NCBI GenBank assembly: GCA_002633005.1
Contig: NMRA01000114.1
Span: 637,812-701,811, forward strand
DNA length: 64,000 bases
Direction: 5' to 3'
From: Phoronis australis
Lineage: Eukaryota; Animalia; Phoronida
In this document: in pieces, positions 53,022-64,000 of the stretch
Position numbering within the stretch: the first letter of the stretch is position 1
How the letters are laid out: every line of letters begins with the position of its first letter
Notes under the pieces: model-generated
Told to the model about the DNA's origin: nothing
What the model saw: only the letters and a program-made list of their open reading frames with translations
Database searches by the model: none
Translations under genes and position numbers: made by a program

Positions 53022-54150
53022 TGGGCTATTGTAGAAGAGACTCAAGTTATGACTTCATCTCTTGTTTACATCACTCATATATCATACAATGACCCAATGG
53101 ACAGCAATTTCCAAGGTCCCAAGACAGGCCGAACTTCCAGCTACTAAAAATGTTTTCTACAGCCAGCCAACATCAAAAACGAACAACTTAACTGTTCATG
53201 TTGTATCAAGCTCCTATGACCCAGATTTTTTGATTTGCGCAAAAGCAGTGTGGCACGCATTTACCAAAACTGCTGTCTTCAGTTTAGTCTGTCCATCATC
53301 CGCAACTGGTCAAATAGTGTAGAAATTAGCGAGGAGTTTGTTTGGTGCGTTTTTGATCCCATTACAAGTTGCATGCACATGTACATTTTATACAGCTCTA
53401 AGTAGCCTTTACCTTAAAGCATACTTTCGAAACGTAGACGTGAAAAGAAAGAATTCCAATAGTGTTTAATAAATTTTATTACAGTCCTGATGTTACACAC
53501 GATATCTGTGAAATCCAGCCACAACTAACGCCTGGCAACCAGTGAGTTCATATCTTACAATGTCCCCAGATGTTGAAAATCTTAACATGTATTTACACAC
53601 CCTCACAACCCCCAAAACAGGTGCTGAAAAATGCTGAAACCAGAATGACATCTTGTTCAACCAATGATTTCCCTAACACTTGTATCCCTTTGTTCTTGGT
53701 TCAATAAGATACCACTCAATAACAAACCCATTCTGAAACCCACCGCATGAACAATCCAGTTACCAAACTCGACTCCCTATTAATGCCAGTTAGATAAAAT
53801 GCAACAATATTGTCAACTCTGAATTCCTTTGTCGTCTACTTCACAACACATGCACAAGTCAGCAACGAGGTACTTCAAGATTTTATCACAATTAGTTTTG
53901 AAATTATCTCCAGTAAATACGACGAGAACGGAAGAACGAATTAAGAGCTATTGAAAACCAAGTCTCTGACACAATCTCATTTGATCACCATCACTCACAC
54001 CGAACTCAAAACTATTGAGGAAAAACAAATCGTTTGAGCCAATACTAAAACAGTAAACATCACACGGCAATATAAATAGAATGTATCTAGTTTAATTACA
54101 ACGTCGGTGCTAGTGATTTTTGTGCAGGCGCCACCTAGTGAGAGTTGTCC

Positions 54151-56630
54151 TTATAACGTCTTGAACCTCCAGGCAACGTAGAGCTCCTTGAACTTGTCGA
54201 AACCAGCCAAAACACCAGCACCGGCGACACCTCTCAGAATGTTTGCACCTGGAAAACAACAGGACACAGCAAAGGTAAACGCACTGTACAACCCTTCCTA
54301 GACACTGAGGCTTCGTAAGACAAGAAATAAAATATGTTGAAGTTGTGCATTGCACAAACTGGACTGCCATTCTGACCTTTCTGGTTTTCATTTGCATAAT
54401 AAATGATAATCTAGAAAACTGAAAATTTTAGATTTTACCGTGAACTTTTCTATCAAACAAAATTTACTTACGTTCTTGATGCTATCTTTTTCTTATAAAC
54501 ATACCCTTCACTTTCCACAAAATTTTACTTCAAGAAAATATGGTCACGTGATGCAATTGACAACAGACTGGTATTAATCTACAGAATTTCACCTTTCAGA
54601 AAAAGATGTACTTTTAGAGAGTGAATTTGTACAATTCTGTACATACTTGTCCATCGGGTCATGCACAAACACAAACAGTTAGCAAAAGTTCACTTACCAG
54701 CACCCTTCATGAGAGACATGAATCCCTCGTTCTTGAGGATCTGTACTGTGCAGTCGATCGACCCCTTGTACTTGACTGCCTGACCTGAGGTCATCATCAT
54801 ACGCCTTCTAATTGTGTCAATGGGATAGGAAACAAGACCAGCACTGATTGTGACCACTGAAACACAAGACATAGCTTATGAATTAGTACACTCCACTGGT
54901 GTCAAACATCCAACGTGTCCATTTTCTGAAAAGAAAATGCCTCCATATTTCATGAATTCAAACTAGTTGTATTGATCTTCAAACTCGACCAACAGGAAAC
55001 AAACTCGTCGCTGCAACGAGTCATAACAGATTTTGGAGAACACTAGTCTGCGTTTTCGGAACAATTCCACATTGAATTTTTTCACAGCAACCACCACGTT
55101 TTTAACATGCTTAAAATTCTTTTCTGCGTAACAATTGTGAGATACCCATAATGATAGCTAGGAGGCAGAAAATTCTATTTATCTAACAGCATAAGCAAAA
55201 TAGTGCCCTCAATACTTACCATATCCGAGCATGAAGGATAGGATGACACCGGCGTCCTCACCCAAGAGTAGGGGCTTCAATGTGTCGTAGAAACCAAAGT
55301 AGCAGCCACGGTAGACGAAGATGCCGACAGCAGAGATGACAAAACCTCTGTAGAGACCACCGATACCATCTGTTGCGAACGTTTTGCGGTAGACATCCAC
55401 CATGCCGTTAAACTCACGGCCGCCACCGCCCTTGGCCGAAGCCTTGGCATCGTTGGCCAAACGCGTACGGCAGTAGTCCAAGTGGTAGACAAACAACAGG
55501 GAGGCAGTGCCAGCAAAACCACCAGAGGCAATGTTCTTGGAGAATTTCAAGGCTTGGCTGTCGGTCTTCTTAGGTTTGAACATAGCCTTGATCTTGTCTT
55601 TGAAGGCAAAATTNCCCCTCCCAACCCACACATTTTTGGATGCAGAGCGGTAGAATTTGTCGCCGCGCTTAACAATAACACGAGACGCCATTGAAAATCC
55701 CACCACGCTGTCCCAGATGCCCTGGCAATGTTGACAATTTACGTTCCTCCGAAACATAAAGAGCAACTTCCGCTTTTCGAGGTGAACGTCGTCTGCAACG
55801 CCACGGTAAGAAAGGAATTTGCCGCAGAAATTTCATATCAAATCAGATTTTTTTAAGCGGAAATATTACAAAAAAAAGCGGAAAGCACATTTGAAAAAAG
55901 CGGAAATCCGCATTTCCGCGGAAAATTCCAAGCCCTGTCATGATCAATATCATTAGAAAATCCTTGCAAATTTTCGTCAACCCAAAATGACCCAAAATCC
56001 AACACCAATGGATCAAATCACATGAATATAGAACAATAACAAACACATCACAAGAGTACCGTCTCAGATTCTGCGACATTTACCACAATGCTGCACACTC
56101 ATAAACACTAGGCCTGCAGTTCTACACTGCTGTAGTGCCAATCCCCATTTTCAATTAAGATTAGTTAGCTTTTTCTGACGGTCAAGTTTCTCCGATGCAT
56201 ACAGACTTGCAGTGCAGATATCGAAACATTTGACAAGCAGAGCGAGGCTTAAGTCGTTCTTCACTACTCCGAATCAACTTTGAAGTGTGTTAGGTCAATC
56301 ATGCTATTTTTTTTCTGCCTCCCTAAAACAGGGATGCAGGAATCGCTGTTCTTTTGACTGCATCAAACACAGAAAAATGCAAGCAGGGACCAAGTATCGA
56401 TAATAGATGGCGCGTCATAACTCACCTTCAGTTCTGTATGTCCTCATGGTGCAATCAATGACACCCTTGTACGGCTTGTCCAGACGGCCCTGCTTCATCA
56501 TCTCATCCTGGTTCTGCACGAGCAGCTTGACACGCTCAATGGGCGCAGCCGCTGTTTTGGAGATGATGGCTGCAGCACCGCTGAGGCCAAAGTTCTCCAA
56601 GAAATGGAGCTGCTTCTGGTTGGCCGACAT
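54151..56630 (-). CDS. ADP/ATP carrier protein (fungal/plant AAC-type adenine nucleotide translocator); part of the sequence lost at an assembly join
   Basis: Exons 56426-56630, 55220-55613 (5'-truncated at n 55614), 54698-54856, 54151-54248. Motifs [75 protein letters not shown]. The ATG directly follows a cag acceptor; minus-strand AATAAA at 53475-53480. Confidence 0.95.
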
Positions 56631-57689
56631 CTGAAAGGGAACGCGAGCAATTTATCAAGAGCTTTGTTCCAGAAGTGGCTAATTGTGACTAATCAACTAA
56701 CAAGCAACAATACGACAGCTAGCTTAAGAATGTCTGCATTTCAAGTGCAACGCAATCATTCTTGATGTAATGTCAAGTATAGACACAGAACCATGATAAT
56801 CTTGGATATATCCCTCCTCCATCCTGACATGCATTTACACAATCCTTGGATCACTAGAATGTGTAGTAATCAGTCCTACAAAGGTCCGCACATTGGTTGT
56901 GAACTCACATCCAATGTTCTACTCGCTATTGAACACAGTATGTGTGTCCATCACTCGCGTTTGCAAAATGGAAGTGAATGCAAAACAAAAAAGCCGGTTT
57001 TCAGCTGGGCTGTTTACGTCATTTCGCAATGGTTTGTGAATAGCAAATACACACCACAGGCACTATATCCGAGGTCGAACATATCTCTATCTCTAAGATA
57101 TGATTTCTATCTTTGCTATAGGAAACATCAAAAAACAGTTGCTTTTCCTATAAATTCCTTTTACAAAAATATGAAACCAGTGTTTCACTATACACAGACA
57201 CAATCATGCCCACACCCAAAAATTGTGCCCCAGTTCTGTTAAAGCAGTAATAAACAAACGTTTCATCGAAAAACCTGAAATTCTGATTTCGACCACTTAC
57301 CACTTTAAAATTGGTCTCAACACGTTCCTTACACTGATGAGAAGTGACTTATGGGTAACAAGCAAAGAACTAACAGCTGATTATTCCTCAAGACCACGCA
57401 GAGAGCATAAAATGACACACTGTTACAAATCAACTTGGTCTCTAGCTCTGAACAAACACTCAGATTGACTAAGGAGTAATAACAGCTAACAGTCTAAATC
57501 AGAAGTTGTTTTTCGTAATGGAAGGTGGATTTGTGGCCACTTTAACAAACAGCAAGATATACATCTTTTGCAACCCTTCTGCTGTGCGTGAACTTGGAAT
57601 TCTGCTTTATCTCCAGATCACGTGTATGGGAGCTTGGAATTACATATTCATTAAAGCAATCAGATGAAATAGCTCACTTGCGAGTCTCT

Positions 57690-59140
57690 CGTTAGTCAAT
57701 GTGACGTCACTGGAAAAGGGGCAAAACCCGCCATATTGCTCTTGTTTGGCCCCGAGTCTTTGCTACACNCATAAAATGACACACTGTTACAAATCAACTT
57801 GGTCTCTAGCTCTGAACAAACACTCAGATTGACTAAGGAGTAATAGCAGCTAACAGTCTAAATCAGAAGTTGTTTTTCGTAATGGAAGGTGGATTTGTGG
57901 CCACTTTAACAAACAGCAAGATATACATCTTTAGCAACCCTTCTGCTGTGTGTGAACTTGGAATTCTGCTTTATCTCTAGATCACGTGTATGGGAGCTTG
58001 GAATTACATATTCATTAAAGCAATCAGATGAAATAGCTCACTTGCGAGTCTCTCGTTAGTCAATGTGACGTCACCGGAAAAGGGGCAAAACCCGCCATAT
58101 TGCTCTTGTTTGGCCCCGAGTCTTTGCTACACACGCTAAATTTTACTGGATTTCTTCTGGTGAATTTTACGCTTAAAACGTAAACACAACTTAAAAGATG
58201 GTAGATGTATCGTGGAATAACTGTGAATGGACGAAGAAAATGTGAACTTGTTATGTTGTGCGAAGCTGTGAACGGACTGAAATTGGAACTCAATGTGGTC
58301 TAGGCCTGAATGCCGCAGGCACACAGGGGCGATAGTTTATCCCCATAAAAACTTACTCACTTCAAAATACAGCAAATAAAAACAAATGAAACATGCATAT
58401 GTGCACATGGAGTTATAATTAATTAACACATACCCTGACTCTGGATACAATTTAGTCTACAAATAACTTGAATCTAGCCATGAAAACCTCGCGGTTCCCT
58501 CAAGTTTCTCTCACAGGGCGCCATCTTGAGGAAGTTACGTGAAATCACGAACAATAAGACCAAGGAACACAAATCTCACAAATTCACTTGATATGTTCTC
58601 ATGTTATTTTGCAAGTGTCACGCGCCACGTCTCGAGCTTCACTCAGTCTCGCGCTAGCCTTTGCCTCATACTCACGTGCCCAGTTCAACTACTTTGTGGT
58701 TATCGCGTGCGCGGTTTAAGTTAACAGTAAGCACAATGTGGAGTTGGAATTCTTCGCCAAAGTCACCTGAATTCCCTTAGCTATGCTTCATCAAAGATAT
58801 GTTTAGAAGCAGAAAGGACGACTGGAGAAAATAAGCGCCTTTTTAGGTGATAATTTTAGATGTAGAATGTATTTTTGACGTGGTGAAAACTTTTAAAATC
58901 AGTGAGCGGATTTCGCCTATCACCCGCTTAAAATACATGAAACAAAATTAGTACAAAACGCGATAGAACGTATTGTAGTGCGAATCTGAATTTCATTTGC
59001 CATAACAGCAATACTTGTTTGGCATTTTTTGAACTAAACGGCCAAAAAGTGGAAGAAAATAACAGAATACACTCTGCTAACATATTGGGCAAATGAACCA
59101 AACGACGAGCTTTTGCCCCACTTCCCGTGACGTCCCAAAT
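57690..59140 (-). promoter_or_regulatory. Probable 5' regulatory region / non-coding first exon(s) of the ADP/ATP carrier gene
   Basis: CRE palindrome GTGACGTCAC (57701-57710, duplicated near 58065), YY1-like CAAGATGGCG on the minus strand (~58519-58528), and minus-strand gtgagt donors near 58360 and 58675. Confidence 0.35.
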
Positions 59141-61468
59141 AAGTCTCACGTAATCTCGCATTATTGTTATAAACTCGCAAAAGGACTATTCTCTGTTCAG
59201 TGTAAAATGTGAACGTGATTATTTGAGTAAACTGGCCAAGTTACCTCAGGTATTCCAAGTTCACGCGTACACAATCTTGAGATCAAGCAGAATTCCAAGT
59301 TCAAGCTAAGCACCAACACATGACTTACACAGTGGTAAATCTTCATGTACATTCTAAATAACCCCTGTGAAAAAACATCTCAAACAACTGTGGTGAAGGT
59401 CACTGAGGTCAAAATTGGTGAGAAATCAGTACAAGGCAGACTTTATCACAAGTGACACAGATAATTAATCTTGGACTTGAGCGTGAACGGAAAATGACGT
59501 TGCACAAGCACTAACGTTTTGAAAAATACACAGGCTACTCTAAATTGAACTTTTCAACTTTTCGTATTCACAACTGGCCAATTTACAGTAATAGTTGGAT
59601 AAGTGGGTCCCAGATTAAAAACTTAATTTGAGGAACTGTTACTACCTCAGAATAATGACCATTATTCAGTGGGAGTAACTGGTTTTCAAATCAGGGGACC
59701 ATGCAGCCAATTTACTGTGTCACTGACTAGTGACTTATAAACTCATCTTTGAACAGCCCCAAATCATAGCTGGTGGTCACTGGCGTATTATTCCCCTGTT
59801 TATAAGGGTACAAAATGCTCTCTCGCTTGGACTTCACGGTGATTGACAATGGTGGTGATTCCTATAAACCTGATAATGCGCTTTAGGGGCGGGTGCCTAG
59901 CTAGTTAAAGTAGTTTCGACTACATCGAGATGGAGTGGATTCGAGCCGACAGTCATATCAAAAACGAAAACAACAAAGAATAAGAATGAAACTGTAAACG
60001 ACCTGACANAGATGGAGTGGATTCGAGCCGACAGTCATATCAAAAACGAAAACAACAAAGAATAAGAATGAAACTGTAAACGACCTGACAAAGTACAACC
60101 GGTTGTCTTTGTCTACTGTCTACACTCAATCGTCACTATAAATCCTGATGTCTCTTACAGTACCAATTTACCTGAAGAAACGAAGAACATTTTGAAGTTA
60201 CCAGTTAATACTTTCTTAAATGTAGTCAGTTGAAAGACATTTCGCGACAGAAAGTCGCCATTGTAGAAAAAAATATCGATGCCAAAGTAGAAAAATTCAT
60301 AAGGTAACATGATGTTAAATAATTACCTTGATAATTGGGGGATTTTATGAGCCGGTTAAACAACCTAACTTTCCTTCCCTTTGAGAGGTTTTAGAGAGGA
60401 AGACAGTACTGCGCATGTTTAGTGACGTCAAAGTGCACTACGTCACATACAGCATGAAACAAAAGTGGCTGCTATTCGAAACGCATTCTTTCCAAAACCT
60501 GTATGTTCATATTGGTACCTGCTAGCGTATGCTAAGAGATGCAATTAAACAAAATATACGTGAATGCATATATCATTGTAACACAATTACATAGCCTTAA
60601 TGTCATAACATTGATACAGGGTGTTCGCGATTCGATCGAGGACCGCGGGTGCGATTAGTGCAAGGTAGGCCTAATGGCTGCGTGAAAGAGAAGAAAGAAA
60701 TGCGACTCAAAGCCAGAAAAAATGAAAAATTAATTTTTAACAATGTCCCGTGTTCAAAAACGGGTAACTATGAGTCCGAGACTAACTCCAGTATACCCAT
60801 GAGTATCGGGTGTTATCTCATACATAGGCTTTGATTATTAGTGGCATGGCCTATCGGCTTTGATTGCCGACGTAACCAATCACGCCTTATCATTGAACCA
60901 TAGATACTGGTAAAGTCTATGACAGAACTGGAAGCAAGCGTCTACGCGCTGAGATCTGCGCCCGGGCATCACCGTATGTGTCGCGGTTGAGGTGCTTCAC
61001 TGAGAATGATTAAGTGCAAAAGTATAATGCGTTCAGTAGGCCTACTACTCCAGTTACCTGTCTCTTACCTTAATCGTATATTATTGATCACGGCAACGTA
61101 AAACTAAACGATGGTAAGATGTGTGCCTTAGAGGTCTGTTGCAAATCAACCTACACTGCGCTGCTACCAAAGACGCTATTGCCTGAACACCGATTGGCTA
61201 CTTGAGTCGCAAAGTTAGTCAATGCGTCCGTCAGCACACAGAGCGGTGATTGAACGTATTACGTAGCCCAGTTCTTTTGTGGCAATGAATGTGCTGTTTG
61301 ATAATAAATATAAATATAAATACAATACACATCGGTCTTTAGACTCAATTGATTTTGCGAATAAAAAGCTTGAATGGAACTCAATCGGCGGTTGTGTAGT
61401 GCATGCGGACGGTCTATTAATAACCCAGTCTACAGCAGACGGCTTTTCCGTGGAGGGCGGATGTGTCG

Positions 61469-61780
61469 CATAGGCAGATTTAGGGGGGCCCAGGGGGGTC
61501 GGGCCTCCCCCGCCCCCTTGGCTGCCGCAAAAAATAAAACAGTAAGAGCGTAGGCAAATGTTGAGTTTATTAATTAACCCCGGTAATTAAAATTAAAATT
61601 GAAATCTCCATGATAGCAAGTAACAGCATATGTTCACGAAAACAACAACGGATTTAAAACTTGACATGTTTCGGACCCCCCCGCCCCCTTGGCTGCCGCA
61701 AAAAAATAAAACAGTAAGAGCGTAGGCAAATGTTGAGTTTATTAATTAACCCCGGTAACTAAAATTAAAATTGAAATCCA
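61469..61780. repeat. GC-rich DNA-transposon-like end with a local ~100-bp duplication
   Basis: CATAGGCAGATTTAGGGGGGCCCAGGGGGG start; ~61507-61606 is repeated at ~61676-61778. Confidence 0.4.
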
Positions 61781-64000
61781 GACCATTGCTTGTGTCGTAC
61801 TTTGTTGACCTAATGTATGTCATGAATTGATTCATTTGTAAAAATGTCTTTCGTGAATTGTTTTTCGACCCGGGGATGCAATTACGAAATTTCTAGCGAC
61901 CGGTAGAGATTAAAATTCGTAGCAGCCTGCGGGGACATTGCAATATGAATGAAAAATTACAATGAGTGTTGACCGAGTTAACGATTTTTTGTACTGAACA
62001 GAGGGCCATAGCCCCCGTGGGTGTCTTTTTTCCTTTGTCACTGGCTCTCACAACGAAAATAAAAAAACGAACGCAAGGCAGATTCGGTTTCTAGTCCGTC
62101 TACAATCTCCATGTAGACAAACATCGTCGGCATCTATCATATAGACGAAGAACTCATGCCAGTTATATCTTATGTGTATAATTTTTTGTAATAAGCAATA
62201 ATGATCAGTGTAGTTTTCACAGAATGGCAATTACCGGGATTTTCCGCATGTAAGTTCACCCGATGAAACGTCCATGGGCGTTTACTTGGTGTTACAACTC
62301 CTGGTGTCAAGTGTCCAGATAGTGGGGCGTTTATTCGGAAAATTTCCTCATAAAAGTAGGACCAAGGGCGAGTCGCCTAAAGCTTCGTACGCAAAAAGTA
62401 CGGGAGAGGCAAATTTGTATTTTAGGTTATGAACAGGTTAGGAGCGACTGAATGAATTATTAGACGGTCCATTTTTGGAAAGGAGCAATATGGCTGCTGC
62501 AANTTATGACTTCTGAGGATGGTGTTTAATAAATGACACCGAAACATGTCAAGTTTTAAATCCGTTGTTGTTTTCGTGAATAAAATTGAAATCCAGACCA
62601 TTGCTTGTGTCGTACTTTGTTGACCTAATGTATGTCATGAATTGATTCATTTGTAAAAACGTCTTTCGTGAATTGTTTTTCGACCCGGGGATGCAAATAC
62701 GAAATTTCTGACGACCGGTAGAGATTAAAATTCGTAGCAGCCTGCGGGGACATTGCAATATGAATGAAAAATTACAATGAGTGTTGACCGAGTTAACGAG
62801 TTTTTTTGTACTGAACAGAGGGCCATAGCCCCGTGGGTGTCTTTTTTCTTTTGTCACTGGCTCTCACAACGAAAATCAAAAAACGAACGCAAGGCAGATT
62901 CGGCTTCTAGTCCGTCTACAATCTCCATGTAGACAAACATCGACGGCATCTATCATATAGACGAAGAACTCATGCCAGTTATATCTTATGTATACAATTT
63001 TTTGTAATAAGCAATAATGATCAGTGTAGTTTTCACAGAATGGCAATTACCGGGATTTTCCGCAGATAAGTTCACCCGATGAAACGTCCATGGGCGTTTA
63101 CTTGGTGTTACAACTTCTGGTGTCAAGTGTCCAGATAGTGGGGCCTTTATTCGGAAAATTTCCTCATAGAAGTAGGACCAAGGGCGATTCGTCTAAAGCT
63201 TCGTACGCAAAAAGTACGGGAGAAGCAATTTTTTTATTTTAGGTTATGAACAGGTTAGGAGCGACTGAATGAATTATTAGACGGTCCATTTTTGGAAAGG
63301 AGCAATATGGCTGCTACAAATTAGGCCACAAATGGCTTCAATGAAAACTTTCAAAATAGCCGTGTTTGTCACGCAAAATCAAAGCATACAAATTTAAAAA
63401 AGAATTTTCGAAGTTGTGTCTTTTCTTAAGTTCGATAGATTGATGTCAACAAGTGATAATGCTAAATTATTTAACGTATATAAATATGCATTTATGCTTT
63501 TGACTCCGTGATAGCTTGCTGCACTCCCAAGTAGGCCCTAAGTTACATATTGTTCTTCTGTACAGTGGGCTTATGGCCTTTATTACAGAAATAGATTGAT
63601 TGAATTTCAAAACCGGAAAAAGCGGCAGACGACAACATTTTCCCTTTCTTCAGACTGAAGAGTTCCTGGATAAATAGTTATAGATTCAGTAAAAGATAAT
63701 TTCTTATCTGCAAGTAGATAATTTCGTATTTTGAAAATTTTAACAAGTTTGTTTTCTGTGCAAAAAGGTTTCCTCGGACTTTTTCGAACCTTTTTATTGA
63801 AAGCACATTTTTAACCACGTGTTAGACGATATAGACTGCCTCAGAAATAAACCCTGGGCAAAACCCCTAAAGGTAATTGACAATAACTTGTTTCTTTTCT
63901 ACCTGTTTTGCTGCTAATTTGTTTCCTCGAATGTCCGGGCTCTGTGCCCATGCCGACAGTCGCCACGGGTTCACCATAACGCCTGGAAATTTTGTGTGGG

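Noticed and set aside
54151-56630. Fungal contamination or recent horizontal transfer of the AAC gene
   Set aside because: It has host-like introns and composition and is contiguous with animal genes; this carrier type is, to my knowledge, also present in other invertebrates.
57408-63320. Tandem duplications ~57408-57768/57770-58130, ~59928-60008/60010-60090 and ~61775-62500/62585-63320
   Set aside because: Each pair straddles a single n (57769, 60009, 62503), the signature of unmerged contig overlaps rather than biology.

Overview
Eukaryotic genomic DNA from an invertebrate animal (likely bilaterian; intron-rich, AT-rich draft assembly with N gaps and single-n joins). From left to right: (1) a minus-strand glycogen debranching enzyme gene (AGL), with 23 frame-consistent coding exons traced from 33286 to 1406 and the 3' end outside the window. 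One AGL intron hosts an antisense rolling stone-like membrane protein gene, a palindromic satellite and a THAP-bearing Kolobok-type element. (2) Head-to-head with AGL, a complete 7-exon CCDC130/YJU2B gene on the plus strand, whose first intron carries a 3.85-kb TIR element with a 7-bp TSD and a LINE fragment. (3) A highly divergent, intact animal-type ADP/ATP carrier paralogue with a GC-AG intron that has lost the RRRMMM signature and the matrix-gate basic residues. (4) Immediately upstream of it, a canonical fungal/plant-type ADP/ATP carrier. A Helentron/DINE-like element carries a tandem array of CTCF-like motifs. Several apparent tandem duplications flank single 'n' characters and are probably haplotype/assembly artefacts. 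All calls come from manual reading; no database searches were run.
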